64,000 bases of DNA from a virus (IMGVR_UViG_3300014204_000107:235352-299351), one strand, 5' to 3'; shown: positions 30,741 to 40,964, counted from the first letter of the stretch. Translations and numbers: made by a program. Notes: generated by a model from the sequence alone, not told the origin.

Positions 30741-31769
30741 ATGGAAAATAGAATAAAAGAATTATTCAAAGATATTAATATTATCGATGATAATAAAAAG
30801 AGAGTATTAATAATCGATGGTACAAATCGATTTATAGCTGCATTTAGTGCATTTGATCTTATAAATGAATCTGGATATCACATAGGTGGTTTATATGGAT
30901 TTCTTGCGAGCATGTGTATAGCAATAAGAACAATACAACCAGATAAATTAGTAATAACGTTTGATGGCAAAGATGGCTCTCTACGCAGAAAAAAGATATA
31001 TAGTGATTATAAAGCACATAGCAGTCCTAAATATAAAATGCGTGACTTATCTTTTACAAGCGATAATGAAAAGGAGCAGTCAATGATACAACAGTTTAGA
31101 CGACTTATAGAGTATTTAGATATGCTGCCAGTGCAAATTATATCATTAGATAATATAGAAGCGGACGATGTAATAGCATATTTAATTACAGATGTATATA
31201 CTGAAGAAAGCACCGAATGCTATGTTATGTCAACAGACAAAGATTTCTTACAGCTTATAAATGACAGGGTATTCGTTTGGCATCCACAACTAAAGAAAAT
31301 AATAACAAAAGGAGATATATTGAAAGATTATTTCGTCACTCACCATAATTATATAATGTACAAGGTTTTGGTTGGAGACGTTTCTGATAATGTTAAAGGA
31401 ATTAGAGGGATTGGCAGGAAGACAGCATCGAAATATTTTCCAATACTTAATGAAAATAGAGTTATAACCATTGATGATATGCTACAATATGCAAAGGATC
31501 ATCAGCTCAAATACAAAATTTATGAGAATATATTAAAACAAAGAAAATTGCTTGAAATGAATTTCAAATTAATGCAGTTATCTGATGTTAATATATCTGG
31601 TATAACTAAACTTAAGATACAAAGCATGATTAGAGATAATAAAAATACATTAAATCGGGCAAGAATAAACCAAATGTTTAAAGAAGATGGGTTGCTCGAT
31701 AAAATAAAAGATCCAATAGAATGGATAAATAAACATTTTTTAAAACTTAGCTTGCATACTGCAAGATAA
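30741..31769 (+). CDS. rnh: 5'-3' exonuclease / T4 RNase H-like flap nuclease
   Basis: LIIDG, FDG, RKKIYSDYKA, EADD, STDKDFLQL, GDVSDNVKG..GIG.KT; ATG at 30741 preferred because TTG 30702 lies inside the hairpin. Confidence 0.9.
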   Translation: MENRIKELFKDINIIDDNKKRVLIIDGTNRFIAAFSAFDLINESGYHIGGLYGFLASMCIAIRTIQPDKLVITFDGKDGSLRRKKIYSDYKAHSSPKYKMRDLSFTSDNEKEQSMIQQFRRLIEYLDMLPVQIISLDNIEADDVIAYLITDVYTEESTECYVMSTDKDFLQLINDRVFVWHPQLKKIITKGDILKDYFVTHHNYIMYKVLVGDVSDNVKGIRGIGRKTASKYFPILNENRVITIDDMLQYAKDHQLKYKIYENILKQRKLLEMNFKLMQLSDVNISGITKLKIQSMIRDNKNTLNRARINQMFKEDGLLDKIKDPIEWINKHFLKLSLHTAR

Positions 31770-31782
31770 AGGAGAGATTATA

Positions 31783-32181
31783 ATGAAGAGAAAAGGAAAA
31801 TTTACTATTTACAAAGACATACAAAAACAATATAGATTTAATCTTAAAGGTAGCAATGGACGAATTATTGTATTTAGTGAAGGTTACCACAATAAAAAAG
31901 ATTGTGTTAATGGTATTAGCGTAGTTAAAGAATGGGCAATAAAATATACAAAAGATTCAGCACAAAATTATATTTGGGTGCGGAAATCAAAAAACGAACA
32001 ATATTATTTTGTTATTAAATCTACAAATGGTAAGAAAGTAGCAATTAGTGAAACATATAAAACCCTAACTGCAGCAAAACATGGGCAAATTACTGTTAGT
32101 GAAATAGCAGCAGATGCAAAGATAGTAAATACAACCGGATTTATTAGTAATATAATTAAATTATTTACAATAACTGAATAA
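31783..32181 (+). CDS. YegP/DUF1508-family protein (two repeats)
   Basis: QYRFNLKGSNGRIIVFSEGY and QYYFVIKSTNGKKVAISETY. Confidence 0.85.
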   Translation: MKRKGKFTIYKDIQKQYRFNLKGSNGRIIVFSEGYHNKKDCVNGISVVKEWAIKYTKDSAQNYIWVRKSKNEQYYFVIKSTNGKKVAISETYKTLTAAKHGQITVSEIAADAKIVNTTGFISNIIKLFTITE

Positions 32182-32182
32182 C

Positions 32183-33565
32183 ATGAGCAATAAAAGCGAT
32201 AGCTTTGGTGAGTATGGATACAGTTTTCAAGTTAAGTTAATATCGCATTTATTAACAGATTTAGAGTTTTTAAAACGCATATTTGACATGCTGGAACCAA
32301 CAATGTTTGATTCAGAGTCAATGGCATTAATAGTAAAAACTATTAAAGATAATTATAAAAAGCATAAGACGCGCACGACGTCAGATGTTTTTAAAATTAA
32401 AATTAAAGAACTTGAAGACCCGTTGCTTAAGGCAACGTTAATGGAAAATATTAAAGATATCTATAAAAGAGTAGATTCTGTACAAGAAGATGCTGACGCA
32501 ATTAAGGAAGAAGCGCTCGAGTTTTGTTTTAACCAAAACTTATCTAATACGCTTTTAGAATGCGTTGATCTGCAAAAACAAAAGAAATATGATATAATAA
32601 AATCAAAGTTGGATGCAGCTATGAAAGCTGGTATCAGCCAATCTATTGGTGTAGACTATAAAGAATCTATTAGACAAAGATATGAAGAAAGCAAGAGATA
32701 TCCAGTTGAAACCGGATTTGAACAAATAGATGCAATCATGGATGGAGGACTTGGGGCTGGTGAGTTGGGCGTTTATATGGCGCCCCCGGGATCAGCAAAA
32801 ACTTGGTTTTTATGTAATTTGGGATTATCTGCAGTTAAAAAAGGATTAAATGTATTACATTATTCATTAGAATTGGAAGAGGGATATACAAATAGGAGAT
32901 ATGATTCAATTTTATCCGGCGTTAAATTTGCAAATTTAAAATATCACATTGATGATATTGAGCATAGTGTAAAAAAATTACCAGGAAGATTATTTACACG
33001 ATATTCACCAATGAAAACAATATCAACTGATCATATTGCAGCTCACGTCGACCATATGCTAATGATAGGATATAAACCAGATTTATTAATTATTGACTAT
33101 GCAGATCTTTTAAAGTTTACGTTTCAAAATAAAAATACTAATTTTAGAACAGATGAATTATTAGGAAATGTATATGGGGAATTAATTGGTATTGCAAGTT
33201 TATATAAGCTGCCATGCTGGACGGCCAGCCAATCTGGCAGGGCCAGCGTTTCAAAAGAAATAGTTGAAAGTGATACGGTAACTGGGTCATTCGAAAAAAT
33301 AATGCATGCCCATTTTATAATGTCGGGGTCAAGAACATTGAACGATAAGATTGGTAATACTATGAGAATACATATAATTAAAAATAGATTTGGTCACGAT
33401 GGAATAACGTTTCCTACCAAAGTTGATCTTGATAATGGGCATATAAACATATATGAGCCTGAATCAATAGCTGGAAGGCAGGCTAAAAAAGAAATGGATA
33501 ATGGTGAGGCAGTTGAAACGCAATTATTAAGAAAAAAATATCTGTCATTAATCGACGAAGAATAA
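32183..33565 (+). CDS. Replicative DnaB-like helicase (gp41-like)
   Basis: TGF..ID..MDGGL..GEL, APPGSAKT, YSLEL, IIDYADL, WTASQ, KNRFG.DG. Confidence 0.92.
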   Translation: MSNKSDSFGEYGYSFQVKLISHLLTDLEFLKRIFDMLEPTMFDSESMALIVKTIKDNYKKHKTRTTSDVFKIKIKELEDPLLKATLMENIKDIYKRVDSVQEDADAIKEEALEFCFNQNLSNTLLECVDLQKQKKYDIIKSKLDAAMKAGISQSIGVDYKESIRQRYEESKRYPVETGFEQIDAIMDGGLGAGELGVYMAPPGSAKTWFLCNLGLSAVKKGLNVLHYSLELEEGYTNRRYDSILSGVKFANLKYHIDDIEHSVKKLPGRLFTRYSPMKTISTDHIAAHVDHMLMIGYKPDLLIIDYADLLKFTFQNKNTNFRTDELLGNVYGELIGIASLYKLPCWTASQSGRASVSKEIVESDTVTGSFEKIMHAHFIMSGSRTLNDKIGNTMRIHIIKNRFGHDGITFPTKVDLDNGHINIYEPESIAGRQAKKEMDNGEAVETQLLRKKYLSLIDEE

Positions 33566-33576
33566 AGGAGAGTATA

Positions 33577-36500
33577 ATGGAAAAAACAGTAATGACTACG
33601 CAATTTAATAATGAATTTTCAAAAGAAATATATGAATTAACGTATAAATATGGTAATGAAAATATCAATGATACGTTATCTCGTGTTGCAAAAACAATGG
33701 CCAACACAGAAATTGAATCAGAATATTGGGAAGAACAATTTAAAAAAGTATTAAATAATTTTGCATTTATACCGGGTGGTAGAATACTATCAAATGCCGG
33801 GTTATCTATAAAAAATACCAGCTTTTTAAATTGTTTTGTTAGTGGATTTCGCGGAACCTCCCAAGATTCCATGGAATCTATTATGGATGAATTAAAAAGA
33901 CAATCATTAATATTGAAATCGGAGGGTGGATACGGTATTAACATAGATGTATTACGTCCAAGAGGATCATTTATTGGTGGAGTTGGCGTTGAATCCCCCG
34001 GCCCAATTAAAATGCTTGAAATGTGGGATAAACAAAGTGAAGTTATAACAGAGGGAAGTGGTAGAAAATCAAATAATAAATTAGCAAAAAATAAAATAAG
34101 AAAGGGAGCCCAACTCGTTAGCATGGCATGTTGGAATCCCAGCATAGAAGAATTTATAACCGCGAAACATTCATCAGGTAAATTAAATAAATTTAATATG
34201 TCTGTATTAGTGTCAGATAAATTTATTGAAAATATAAAAAATCATAAACCATGGAGCTTAATATTTCCTGCATATGATGATACGAGAGAAGATATTTTAA
34301 TATTGTGGAAATCATATTATGATTTGCATAATGATTCCCGAACGGCAAAACAAATATATAACGAAGAATGGAATGGAAATGTTGATACGTGGCAAGAAAA
34401 AGGATACCCAGTTGAAATATATAAAACATTTGCGGATGCCAATGAATTATGGGATTTGTTAATGAAATCAACATATAATTATAATGAACCGGGTGTTTTA
34501 TTTGTAGATACAATTAATAGGTTAAATAACTTATATTATGACGAATATATAAATGCCACTAATCCATGCGTCATTGGCGATACAAAGGTGCTCACTAATT
34601 ATGGTTGGATTAGAATGAAGAATTTACATGAACGACGTAGTATATACCCTGACGTTAAAATAGTCACCAGAGATGAGCAAAATCGATTGCAACTATCTTT
34701 ATTAGAGGATGTAATGTTAACAGAAAAGAATGCTAAATTATATTGTACTTTATTTGAAACAGGTGAAAAGGCTATTACAAACGGTAAACATAAATTTTAT
34801 AAAGAAGATTATGGCAAAATAAGTGTTGAAGAATTACATACATTAATTCATAATGCTGGAGATGTAGCAGTTGCGCCAAAAATTATAGGTGGTGACCAAT
34901 TATTAGTAATTGAAAATATATTTCCATTGGATTATTGTGAAGATGTATATGATTTAACAGCAAACCCCAACTATAATTTTTATTCTACCCTACTAATAGA
35001 TGAAGAAATAACAATAACAACACCTGCAGAAACTATATCAGATTTATTTAATTATAAATTAATTGATTATTATTTTAAGCATTCTGTATTAAATGTAGAT
35101 TGCGGGGAAGAGCCGCTTCCGCCTGGAAATGTATGCTTGCTTGGCAATATTAATTTGACTCAATTTATAAAAGATAATAATTGGGATTATGATAAATTAG
35201 GAGAATACATTCCAACTATTATTCGGTTTATGGATAATGTAAATGATATAACATATGCACCATTACAAGAACATTATGAAAATTTAAAAAATAAACGTCG
35301 ATTGGGGATGGGTGTTATGGGATACGCATCTGCATTGATTATGATGAATATAAGATATGGGGGTGATGACGCATTAAAAATAACGGAAGAATTAATGCAG
35401 TATATAGCTAATACTGCATATAGATCATCAGCCGTGCTGGCTAAAGAAAAAGGTGCATTTTCATTGTATATTAAAGATAAATATTTGAATAGCAACTATA
35501 TTAAATTATTATCAATTGATACATTAGATATTATTCGGCAATATGGAATTAGAAATTCCCATTTACTTACTATAGCGCCAACCGGAAATACTTCTATTAT
35601 TGCGAATAATGTTAGTGGTGGTTTGGAACCATTATTTTTAACAGAATATAGAAGAACATTTATAATCACAGAGCCTCCGGTTGGATTAAAGATTCCAAAG
35701 ATAGATTGGGTGCAGCATAAAATAATTAATAATTATAATAATTGGAACTGGGTGATAGAAGGGCAAGACGATTTAATTAAAACCACATACAATGGTGTTT
35801 CCTATAAAATTGATAAAAATAGGGGGTTAACAAAAGAAGCAATTATTAAAGATTATGCAATATCTTATTTAGCAAATATTAATAAGTTGGACACAGCAGC
35901 AAATTATATTGCTACAACCGATACTCTATCAATTGATGATCACATTAATACAATGGAAATATTTGCAAAATGGACTGATGCTGCATGCTCCAAAACACTT
36001 AATTTCCCACAGGACTATGAATATGATGAATTCAAAGATGTTTATTTTAAAGCGCATTCTACTGGCAAAATAAAAGGATTTACAACATATCGTGCAGGAA
36101 CAATGGCAAATGTGTTATCGAGCACCACCGATGATAAAAGAAAAGAAGATGACAATTGCATTCACAAAAATAGTGCGCCAAAAAGGCCAAAGGTATTAGA
36201 ATGCGATATACATCAACTTACTACTCGCGGAGAAGAATGGTTGGTACTTGTTGGATTAATGTGCAATGAGCCATATGAAATATTTGCATTTAAACGTAAA
36301 TTAATTAAATTGCCGTCTAAAACCAAAGAAGGTAAATTAATAAAAGTAAAAAGTGGCAATTATACGCTTGAAACAAACGATGGATTAATTATTGAAGATA
36401 TAACATCGTTTTTTGAACAAGCAGGGCAAGAAGCGTTAACAAGAATGATTTCTATGGCATTACGGCACGGTGCTGATATTAAATTTGTAATAGAACAACT

Positions 36501-36681
36501 AAATAAATCGGAAGCAGACTTTCAATCGTTTGCAAAGTCAATGAGTAGGGCATTAAAGAAATATATTAAAGAAGGAGAAAAACCGTCCAATACAACTTGC
36601 CCCAATTGTGGAAAAGAAGATGGATTAATATATGTGGAAGGATGTGTTAAGTGCAAATATTGCAGTCACAGTTTATGTTAA
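33577..36681 (+). CDS. nrdJ: Class II (B12-dependent) ribonucleotide reductase with mini-intein
   Basis: PGGRIL.NAG, NCF, EPGVLF, ATNP|CGE after splicing, CLLG.INL, TIAPTG, SKTLN; C-terminal TSCPD-like domain and Zn ribbon; no ATP cone or beta subunit nearby. Confidence 0.9.
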   Translation: MEKTVMTTQFNNEFSKEIYELTYKYGNENINDTLSRVAKTMANTEIESEYWEEQFKKVLNNFAFIPGGRILSNAGLSIKNTSFLNCFVSGFRGTSQDSMESIMDELKRQSLILKSEGGYGINIDVLRPRGSFIGGVGVESPGPIKMLEMWDKQSEVITEGSGRKSNNKLAKNKIRKGAQLVSMACWNPSIEEFITAKHSSGKLNKFNMSVLVSDKFIENIKNHKPWSLIFPAYDDTREDILILWKSYYDLHNDSRTAKQIYNEEWNGNVDTWQEKGYPVEIYKTFADANELWDLLMKSTYNYNEPGVLFVDTINRLNNLYYDEYINATNPCVIGDTKVLTNYGWIRMKNLHERRSIYPDVKIVTRDEQNRLQLSLLEDVMLTEKNAKLYCTLFETGEKAITNGKHKFYKEDYGKISVEELHTLIHNAGDVAVAPKIIGGDQLLVIENIFPLDYCEDVYDLTANPNYNFYSTLLIDEEITITTPAETISDLFNYKLIDYYFKHSVLNVDCGEEPLPPGNVCLLGNINLTQFIKDNNWDYDKLGEYIPTIIRFMDNVNDITYAPLQEHYENLKNKRRLGMGVMGYASALIMMNIRYGGDDALKITEELMQYIANTAYRSSAVLAKEKGAFSLYIKDKYLNSNYIKLLSIDTLDIIRQYGIRNSHLLTIAPTGNTSIIANNVSGGLEPLFLTEYRRTFIITEPPVGLKIPKIDWVQHKIINNYNNWNWVIEGQDDLIKTTYNGVSYKIDKNRGLTKEAIIKDYAISYLANINKLDTAANYIATTDTLSIDDHINTMEIFAKWTDAACSKTLNFPQDYEYDEFKDVYFKAHSTGKIKGFTTYRAGTMANVLSSTTDDKRKEDDNCIHKNSAPKRPKVLECDIHQLTTRGEEWLVLVGLMCNEPYEIFAFKRKLIKLPSKTKEGKLIKVKSGNYTLETNDGLIIEDITSFFEQAGQEALTRMISMALRHGADIKFVIEQLNKSEADFQSFAKSMSRALKKYIKEGEKPSNTTCPNCGKEDGLIYVEGCVKCKYCSHSLC
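34567..35100 (+). mobile_element. 178-aa mini-intein in RNR ending in Asp
   Basis: Interrupts NP|CGE; starts CVIGDTKV; block B TNGKHKF; block F VYDLT; ends HSVLNVD/C; no endonuclease domain. Confidence 0.85.
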
Positions 36682-36712
36682 TTTTTTAATATTAAATCGA
36701 ATATAAAATTAT

Positions 36713-36742
36713 AAAGCATCATATATATAGCTGGTGCTTTTT
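36713..36742 (+). terminator. Terminator after nrdJ with an ATATATAT box in the loop
   Basis: AAAGCATCA/TGGTGCTTT stem plus TT; ATATATAT at 36721-28. Confidence 0.6.
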
Positions 36743-36767
36743 AATTACTAATCCGGAGGAATTCCAA

Positions 36768-37148
36768 ATGGCAATAAAATATTCACGAGTAAAGCAAATA
36801 ATCAAAGAAGAAGTTCAAAAAGTAGTTGAAGAAAAGACTGAGGAAGTCAATAACTTTAATGCGCTAAGAGACTTATATATTTTTCTAAAACAGTCATTAC
36901 GAACAGAAGGCATGCATAAATTATTATACAATCGCCATCAAAATATATTAGAGATTAAAAATCCTGATATTAACAGCGTTAATATGAAAGAAAATTATAC
37001 TCTTAAAATTGAAGTTAAAGGCGATAAGTTTAGTGTTACTGCTGGTTCCTTATTTGAAGGAATAGATAATAAAACCGAAACATTTGGTTTGCGCGACTTT
37101 AATAAAGTTTTAAGATTTTGCCAATACCAACTTAATGCGGATTTATAA
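36768..37148 (+). CDS. Hypothetical protein with leader variant
   Basis: GGAG SD; MAIKYSRVKQIIKEEVQKVVEE. Confidence 0.75.
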   Translation: MAIKYSRVKQIIKEEVQKVVEEKTEEVNNFNALRDLYIFLKQSLRTEGMHKLLYNRHQNILEIKNPDINSVNMKENYTLKIEVKGDKFSVTAGSLFEGIDNKTETFGLRDFNKVLRFCQYQLNADL

Positions 37149-37150
37149 CA

Positions 37151-38455
37151 ATGGCTGATAAATTGAAAGGTGGTAAGGCAGATAAAATGACGCTAAGAGA
37201 TATTGCCGCATATTGGGCCGATAAACAAGATAGTCCATTCGATGTAATTTATGATATATGCCAAAAACAATATACTATTGGTTTAAAAATAGAAGCAGAA
37301 CACACAAAAGACCCGGCAGAATGTGCAGAAATAGTTAAAGACCATATTAAAGAAGATTTGAAATACTATACTAATGCAAAACCAAAAGACTGGGCAAAGA
37401 AAGAATTAAAGAAAGAAAAAGTAGATGAGGGGGAAGGTGAAGAACAGCCAAATCCAATATCACCGCCATGGAAATTAAAAAATAACCCGCCAATACAGCC
37501 CCAACCAGTGGCTCCAACATGGACTAATATAAAGGAGATAAAAATGAAAGCAAGCAGACTACGTGAATTAATAAAAGAAGCTATTAACGAGGTTGAGAGT
37601 GCAGGAAGTATATTTCTTGGGGTTGAAGATCCGGCAAAGATGTATGAAACTAAAGAATGCTTGTCAGAAAAGAAAGAATCAACTAAATTTAATGTAAGGG
37701 AAAATATGCAAAAGTTAACAGAAGCAATCTTAAAAGTAGGTGAAGTCGTATTTACTCCAAGGTGGAGCGGAGATAGATATTATAAATTCTATGAGAAATC
37801 ATTACCCGCAACATTAACCCAAGAAGAAAGAGAAAATTACAAAACAACTCCATTATTAGCTGGAACAGAAGATAATATAGCAAGCCAACTACAAGATTTA
37901 GGTATAGATACCCAATCTATATTTGCTGCATTTGCAAGAGCGCGTGGATTAAAAGAACGACCCAGAGATCCAGCAAATAGTTTAGCTCGCCTTCCATATG
38001 ATGAAACATTGGTATCAAATGTTGACAGATATAAAGAGCCAGAGCCTGATTTATTAAGCTTAAAATATACAGACGTTGTAGCCCCGGATGAAGAGCCAGT
38101 AGTGGCAGAACCAGCAATAGCACCAACACCTGAACCAATTATAAAGCCAGAAAAAGCAGTAAAACCAGCAATGGTACAAGAGCCTGTTGATTTCAGCGGT
38201 AGAAAAATAACTCCAGCGTTAGCTGAATTATTATTTTATAATGGACAATTGCGCGATGCAACAAAACAAGCATCCGGTGTAGCAACTGAGCAAGAATTAG
38301 TTGGATATGATGTTACTGAATTAGTAAACGCATTGCAACAAATTGGTACCCGTGGTGCCAAACAAGCTATATATGCAATTAAGAATACCAATGAAGGAAT
38401 AATTCGCAGGTTATTGGGGGAGCTTAAAGAATCTAAAAAGAATAATAAAAAATAG
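37151..38455 (+). CDS. DUF5661-like N-terminal domain fused to a leader-bearing protein (internal start at 37544)
   Basis: GLKIEAEHTKD...EIVKDH.KED.KYY; internal AGGAG(37533)-ATG(37544) gives MKASRLRELIKEAINE. Confidence 0.7.
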   Translation: MADKLKGGKADKMTLRDIAAYWADKQDSPFDVIYDICQKQYTIGLKIEAEHTKDPAECAEIVKDHIKEDLKYYTNAKPKDWAKKELKKEKVDEGEGEEQPNPISPPWKLKNNPPIQPQPVAPTWTNIKEIKMKASRLRELIKEAINEVESAGSIFLGVEDPAKMYETKECLSEKKESTKFNVRENMQKLTEAILKVGEVVFTPRWSGDRYYKFYEKSLPATLTQEERENYKTTPLLAGTEDNIASQLQDLGIDTQSIFAAFARARGLKERPRDPANSLARLPYDETLVSNVDRYKEPEPDLLSLKYTDVVAPDEEPVVAEPAIAPTPEPIIKPEKAVKPAMVQEPVDFSGRKITPALAELLFYNGQLRDATKQASGVATEQELVGYDVTELVNALQQIGTRGAKQAIYAIKNTNEGIIRRLLGELKESKKNNKK

Positions 38456-38485
38456 TGCATTCTTAAATTTTAAAGTATCTATGTG

Positions 38486-38527
38486 GATGCTATTACTGCA
38501 ATATGTAATAGCATCTTCCTTTTTTTA
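38486..38527 (+). terminator. Intrinsic terminator
   Basis: GATGCTATTAC/GTAATAGCATC 11-bp stem, then TTCC and a T-tract. Confidence 0.8.
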
Positions 38528-38606
38528 TCGGAGAACATCACTTTTTTAGAAAAACTTCATACTTATATGGAATAAAACACAATTAACTTAACAAGGAGAT
38601 TACATT

Positions 38607-38804
38607 ATGAATGAAAAATTCTATGGTTTATTTGAACAAATGCAGGTTCTATGGACTGAGTTTGATGAAAATCACACTAAATTCGTTACAAAGAAAAACA
38701 AACAAGCTGCTAAACGTGCCCGCAAAGCTATTGGTGAGATCAAGAAACTCGTGACCGATTATAGGCAATTATCAGTTGATGTAGAAAAAACTACTGTAAA
38801 GTAA
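38607..38804 (+). CDS. Histone H1-like protein (Hc1 family)
   Basis: 65 aa; NKQAAKRARKAIGEIKKLVTDYRQLSV matches the Hc1 consensus GNKAAGxRARKxSxExxKxxKxFRKxS; stand-alone unit between two terminators. Confidence 0.75.
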   Translation: MNEKFYGLFEQMQVLWTEFDENHTKFVTKKNKQAAKRARKAIGEIKKLVTDYRQLSVDVEKTTVK

Positions 38805-38825
38805 GTTTGAACCGAAAACATTTTT

Positions 38826-38855
38826 GAAGAGTGCATACCCGTGCACTCTTTTTTT
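38826..38855 (+). terminator. Intrinsic terminator
   Basis: AAGAGTGCA/TGCACTCTT stem, then T-tract. Confidence 0.85.
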
Positions 38856-38901
38856 CTTCAATAATTATTATGTGAAAAATTGTTAAAAATTAGCAAAAAA
38901 A

Positions 38902-38931
38902 TGATTTTTATCGAAATTTTTTACTATTTAT
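38902..38931 (+). promoter_or_regulatory. Putative bipartite phage promoter (TGATTTTTATCGA-N9-CTATTTAT)
   Basis: Matches 28485-28513, including the downstream TTATAACAAT. Confidence 0.55.
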
Positions 38932-38950
38932 TATAACAATGGGATAAAAA

Positions 38951-39499
38951 ATGAAATTTAACGAAAAAACGGAGAATTTATTTAAATTGATAGATGAAAA
39001 AATCCTGTCCGATAGAGATTACTTGAAATTAAATACATTTTTGGATAAACATTTATTTGAAAATTACGCTCTATTAGGAGAATTGCTTAACCCAGATAAT
39101 GCATATCCGTATATTGAATCAAATTTAAAGGGTATGTGGGTATTTACGGATGAATTTGGGTTTGATTATTTTGTAAGAATATATTACACACCATCAAATA
39201 CTGCAATGTTTGAACTTAAAATGGGGTGGGTAGATCTTGATAAGCAAGAAAAATATTTAAGACAATCTGCAAGGGGCATAGATGAACGAAGAAGTGATAC
39301 TATTGCAAAGATATATAGAGATGAAATATTGCCATTTTTTAAAAAAATGAAAGAGTTATCAAATACCTTAGTAATAAAGCCGAATGATATAAAACGATAT
39401 CAATTTTCAATTCGATTGGTGCAGAAATTTACACCAAATGAGTTTGAGATAATAGAAGATAAGCCAACAAAAATAACAATTAAAATAAAAAATATATGA
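38951..39499 (+). CDS. Hypothetical protein, probable distant paralog of 52051..52587
   Basis: Shared pattern LxE...NxY, F.(D/N)(E/D).G, E...W, D....(D/N)T, (K/R)P.D..R; stop overlaps the queD start (ATGA). Confidence 0.65.
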   Translation: MKFNEKTENLFKLIDEKILSDRDYLKLNTFLDKHLFENYALLGELLNPDNAYPYIESNLKGMWVFTDEFGFDYFVRIYYTPSNTAMFELKMGWVDLDKQEKYLRQSARGIDERRSDTIAKIYRDEILPFFKKMKELSNTLVIKPNDIKRYQFSIRLVQKFTPNEFEIIEDKPTKITIKIKNI

Positions 39500-40110
39500 T
39501 AATACGCAAATTATTTAAGTTTGAAGCTTCGCACATGGTGCGTAATTGTACAACAAAACGATGCTCCACCAGCTTGCATGGTCATTCGTTTAGAGTGGAG
39601 ATATTTTTAGAATCGGACCAGTTGGATTTTGGCGGGATGGTTGCGGATTTTGGCATAGTTAAGATGTTTTTAAATGACTTTATAGATAGTTTTGACCATT
39701 GTTATATGCTATGGGACAAAGAATCAGATGAAGTCAAAGAATCAATTAAAAAGCTAAGTGCAAGGTGGATTGAATTACCAATGTCACCAAGCGCAGAATC
39801 ATTGTCAATTATGTTTTATTGGGTAATTGACCAAATTATTAACAATATTAGGTTTGCTAATGGTGAAGAAGGTGTAACATTATATGCTGTTAGAGTACAC
39901 GAAACTGATACTGGTTATGCAGAAGCTAGATTTGAAGATTTAGCATTGACTATTGGTTACGAGTTAGAAGATATTAAGTTTAGTGATCAAGTGCGTATTG
40001 AATGGAAAGATAAAAAATGGTGGTATGATTTATTAGAAGGTGCTATATTTGAAGCGCCTAAGCCAATACACCAAATAAATCCAAGTTTAAATGAAACGCA
40101 TATTTTATGA
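39496..40110 (+). CDS. queD: 6-carboxy-5,6,7,8-tetrahydropterin synthase (QueD2-type)
   Basis: FEASH, CX4HGH (CSTSLHGH), GMVADFG, FDH, PSAE, VRVHET. Confidence 0.92.
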   Translation: MIIRKLFKFEASHMVRNCTTKRCSTSLHGHSFRVEIFLESDQLDFGGMVADFGIVKMFLNDFIDSFDHCYMLWDKESDEVKESIKKLSARWIELPMSPSAESLSIMFYWVIDQIINNIRFANGEEGVTLYAVRVHETDTGYAEARFEDLALTIGYELEDIKFSDQVRIEWKDKKWWYDLLEGAIFEAPKPIHQINPSLNETHIL

Positions 40111-40964
40111 CGCAAATAAAATTAACAAAGAATGGTATATTTCCAATTAAAAGAAATTATGCTGGAGAACTGATTGATGATAGTAGCAACGACATTGCTA
40201 TGCAGGGTGAAGGGAAATTAGCTGGCGTGCCTTCTTTGTTTATAAGAACGAGCGGTTGTGATCTCCGCTGTTGTTGGCATGATTGGGATACTAAAACATT
40301 TGAAATATGTGATACGGCATATTCTTCATTTGATATAAAAAAAAGTTCCTATTATACTGTTGAAGAATGCGTTAATGAAGTACGTTACAATATGGGTAAT
40401 ATAAACCATTTAGTTGTAACTGGCGGGGAGCCAATGATACATTCATTTCCATTAATTGAAATATTTGAAGAACTTAAATCTTATATACCAAATTTACATA
40501 TCACATTAGAAACTAATGGAACATTGTTTGATGAAAACATTGTAGAATATGTAGACTTATTTTCAATTTCTCCTAAGTTGCAGTCGACTGAGCCAGACGT
40601 AAAAGTGTTAAAGGAATACGGTATCATTTTAGAACCTCGATGGAGCATATCGCATAAAAACCGACGCATTAACTATACTATCTTACAGCAATTAATAAGC
40701 AGTTGTTATATTGATACATTTTGTAAAGCAAAGAAGTATAACAAAGATTTTCAATTAAAATTTGTTGTCTTTAAAGAAGCGGATATTATTGAAATTAAAG
40801 ATATATTATCCGGCTTAATTGGCGTTAATAATAGCGATGTATATTTAATGCCATTGGGCAGCACTAAAGAAATGTTACAAAAGAATATACAGTTTTGCTT
40901 AGATAAGTGTATAGAAAATAATTGGAGATATTCTCCGCGCATACAAGTTGAATTATTAAAATAA
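40107..40964 (+). CDS. queE: 7-carboxy-7-deazaguanine synthase (radical SAM)
   Basis: MQGEG..AGVPSLFIR.SGC, expanded CX3C...CDT cluster, VVTGGEP, ETNGT, SISPKL, LKFVV, YLMP, SPR. Confidence 0.92.
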   Translation: MTQIKLTKNGIFPIKRNYAGELIDDSSNDIAMQGEGKLAGVPSLFIRTSGCDLRCCWHDWDTKTFEICDTAYSSFDIKKSSYYTVEECVNEVRYNMGNINHLVVTGGEPMIHSFPLIEIFEELKSYIPNLHITLETNGTLFDENIVEYVDLFSISPKLQSTEPDVKVLKEYGIILEPRWSISHKNRRINYTILQQLISSCYIDTFCKAKKYNKDFQLKFVVFKEADIIEIKDILSGLIGVNNSDVYLMPLGSTKEMLQKNIQFCLDKCIENNWRYSPRIQVELLK

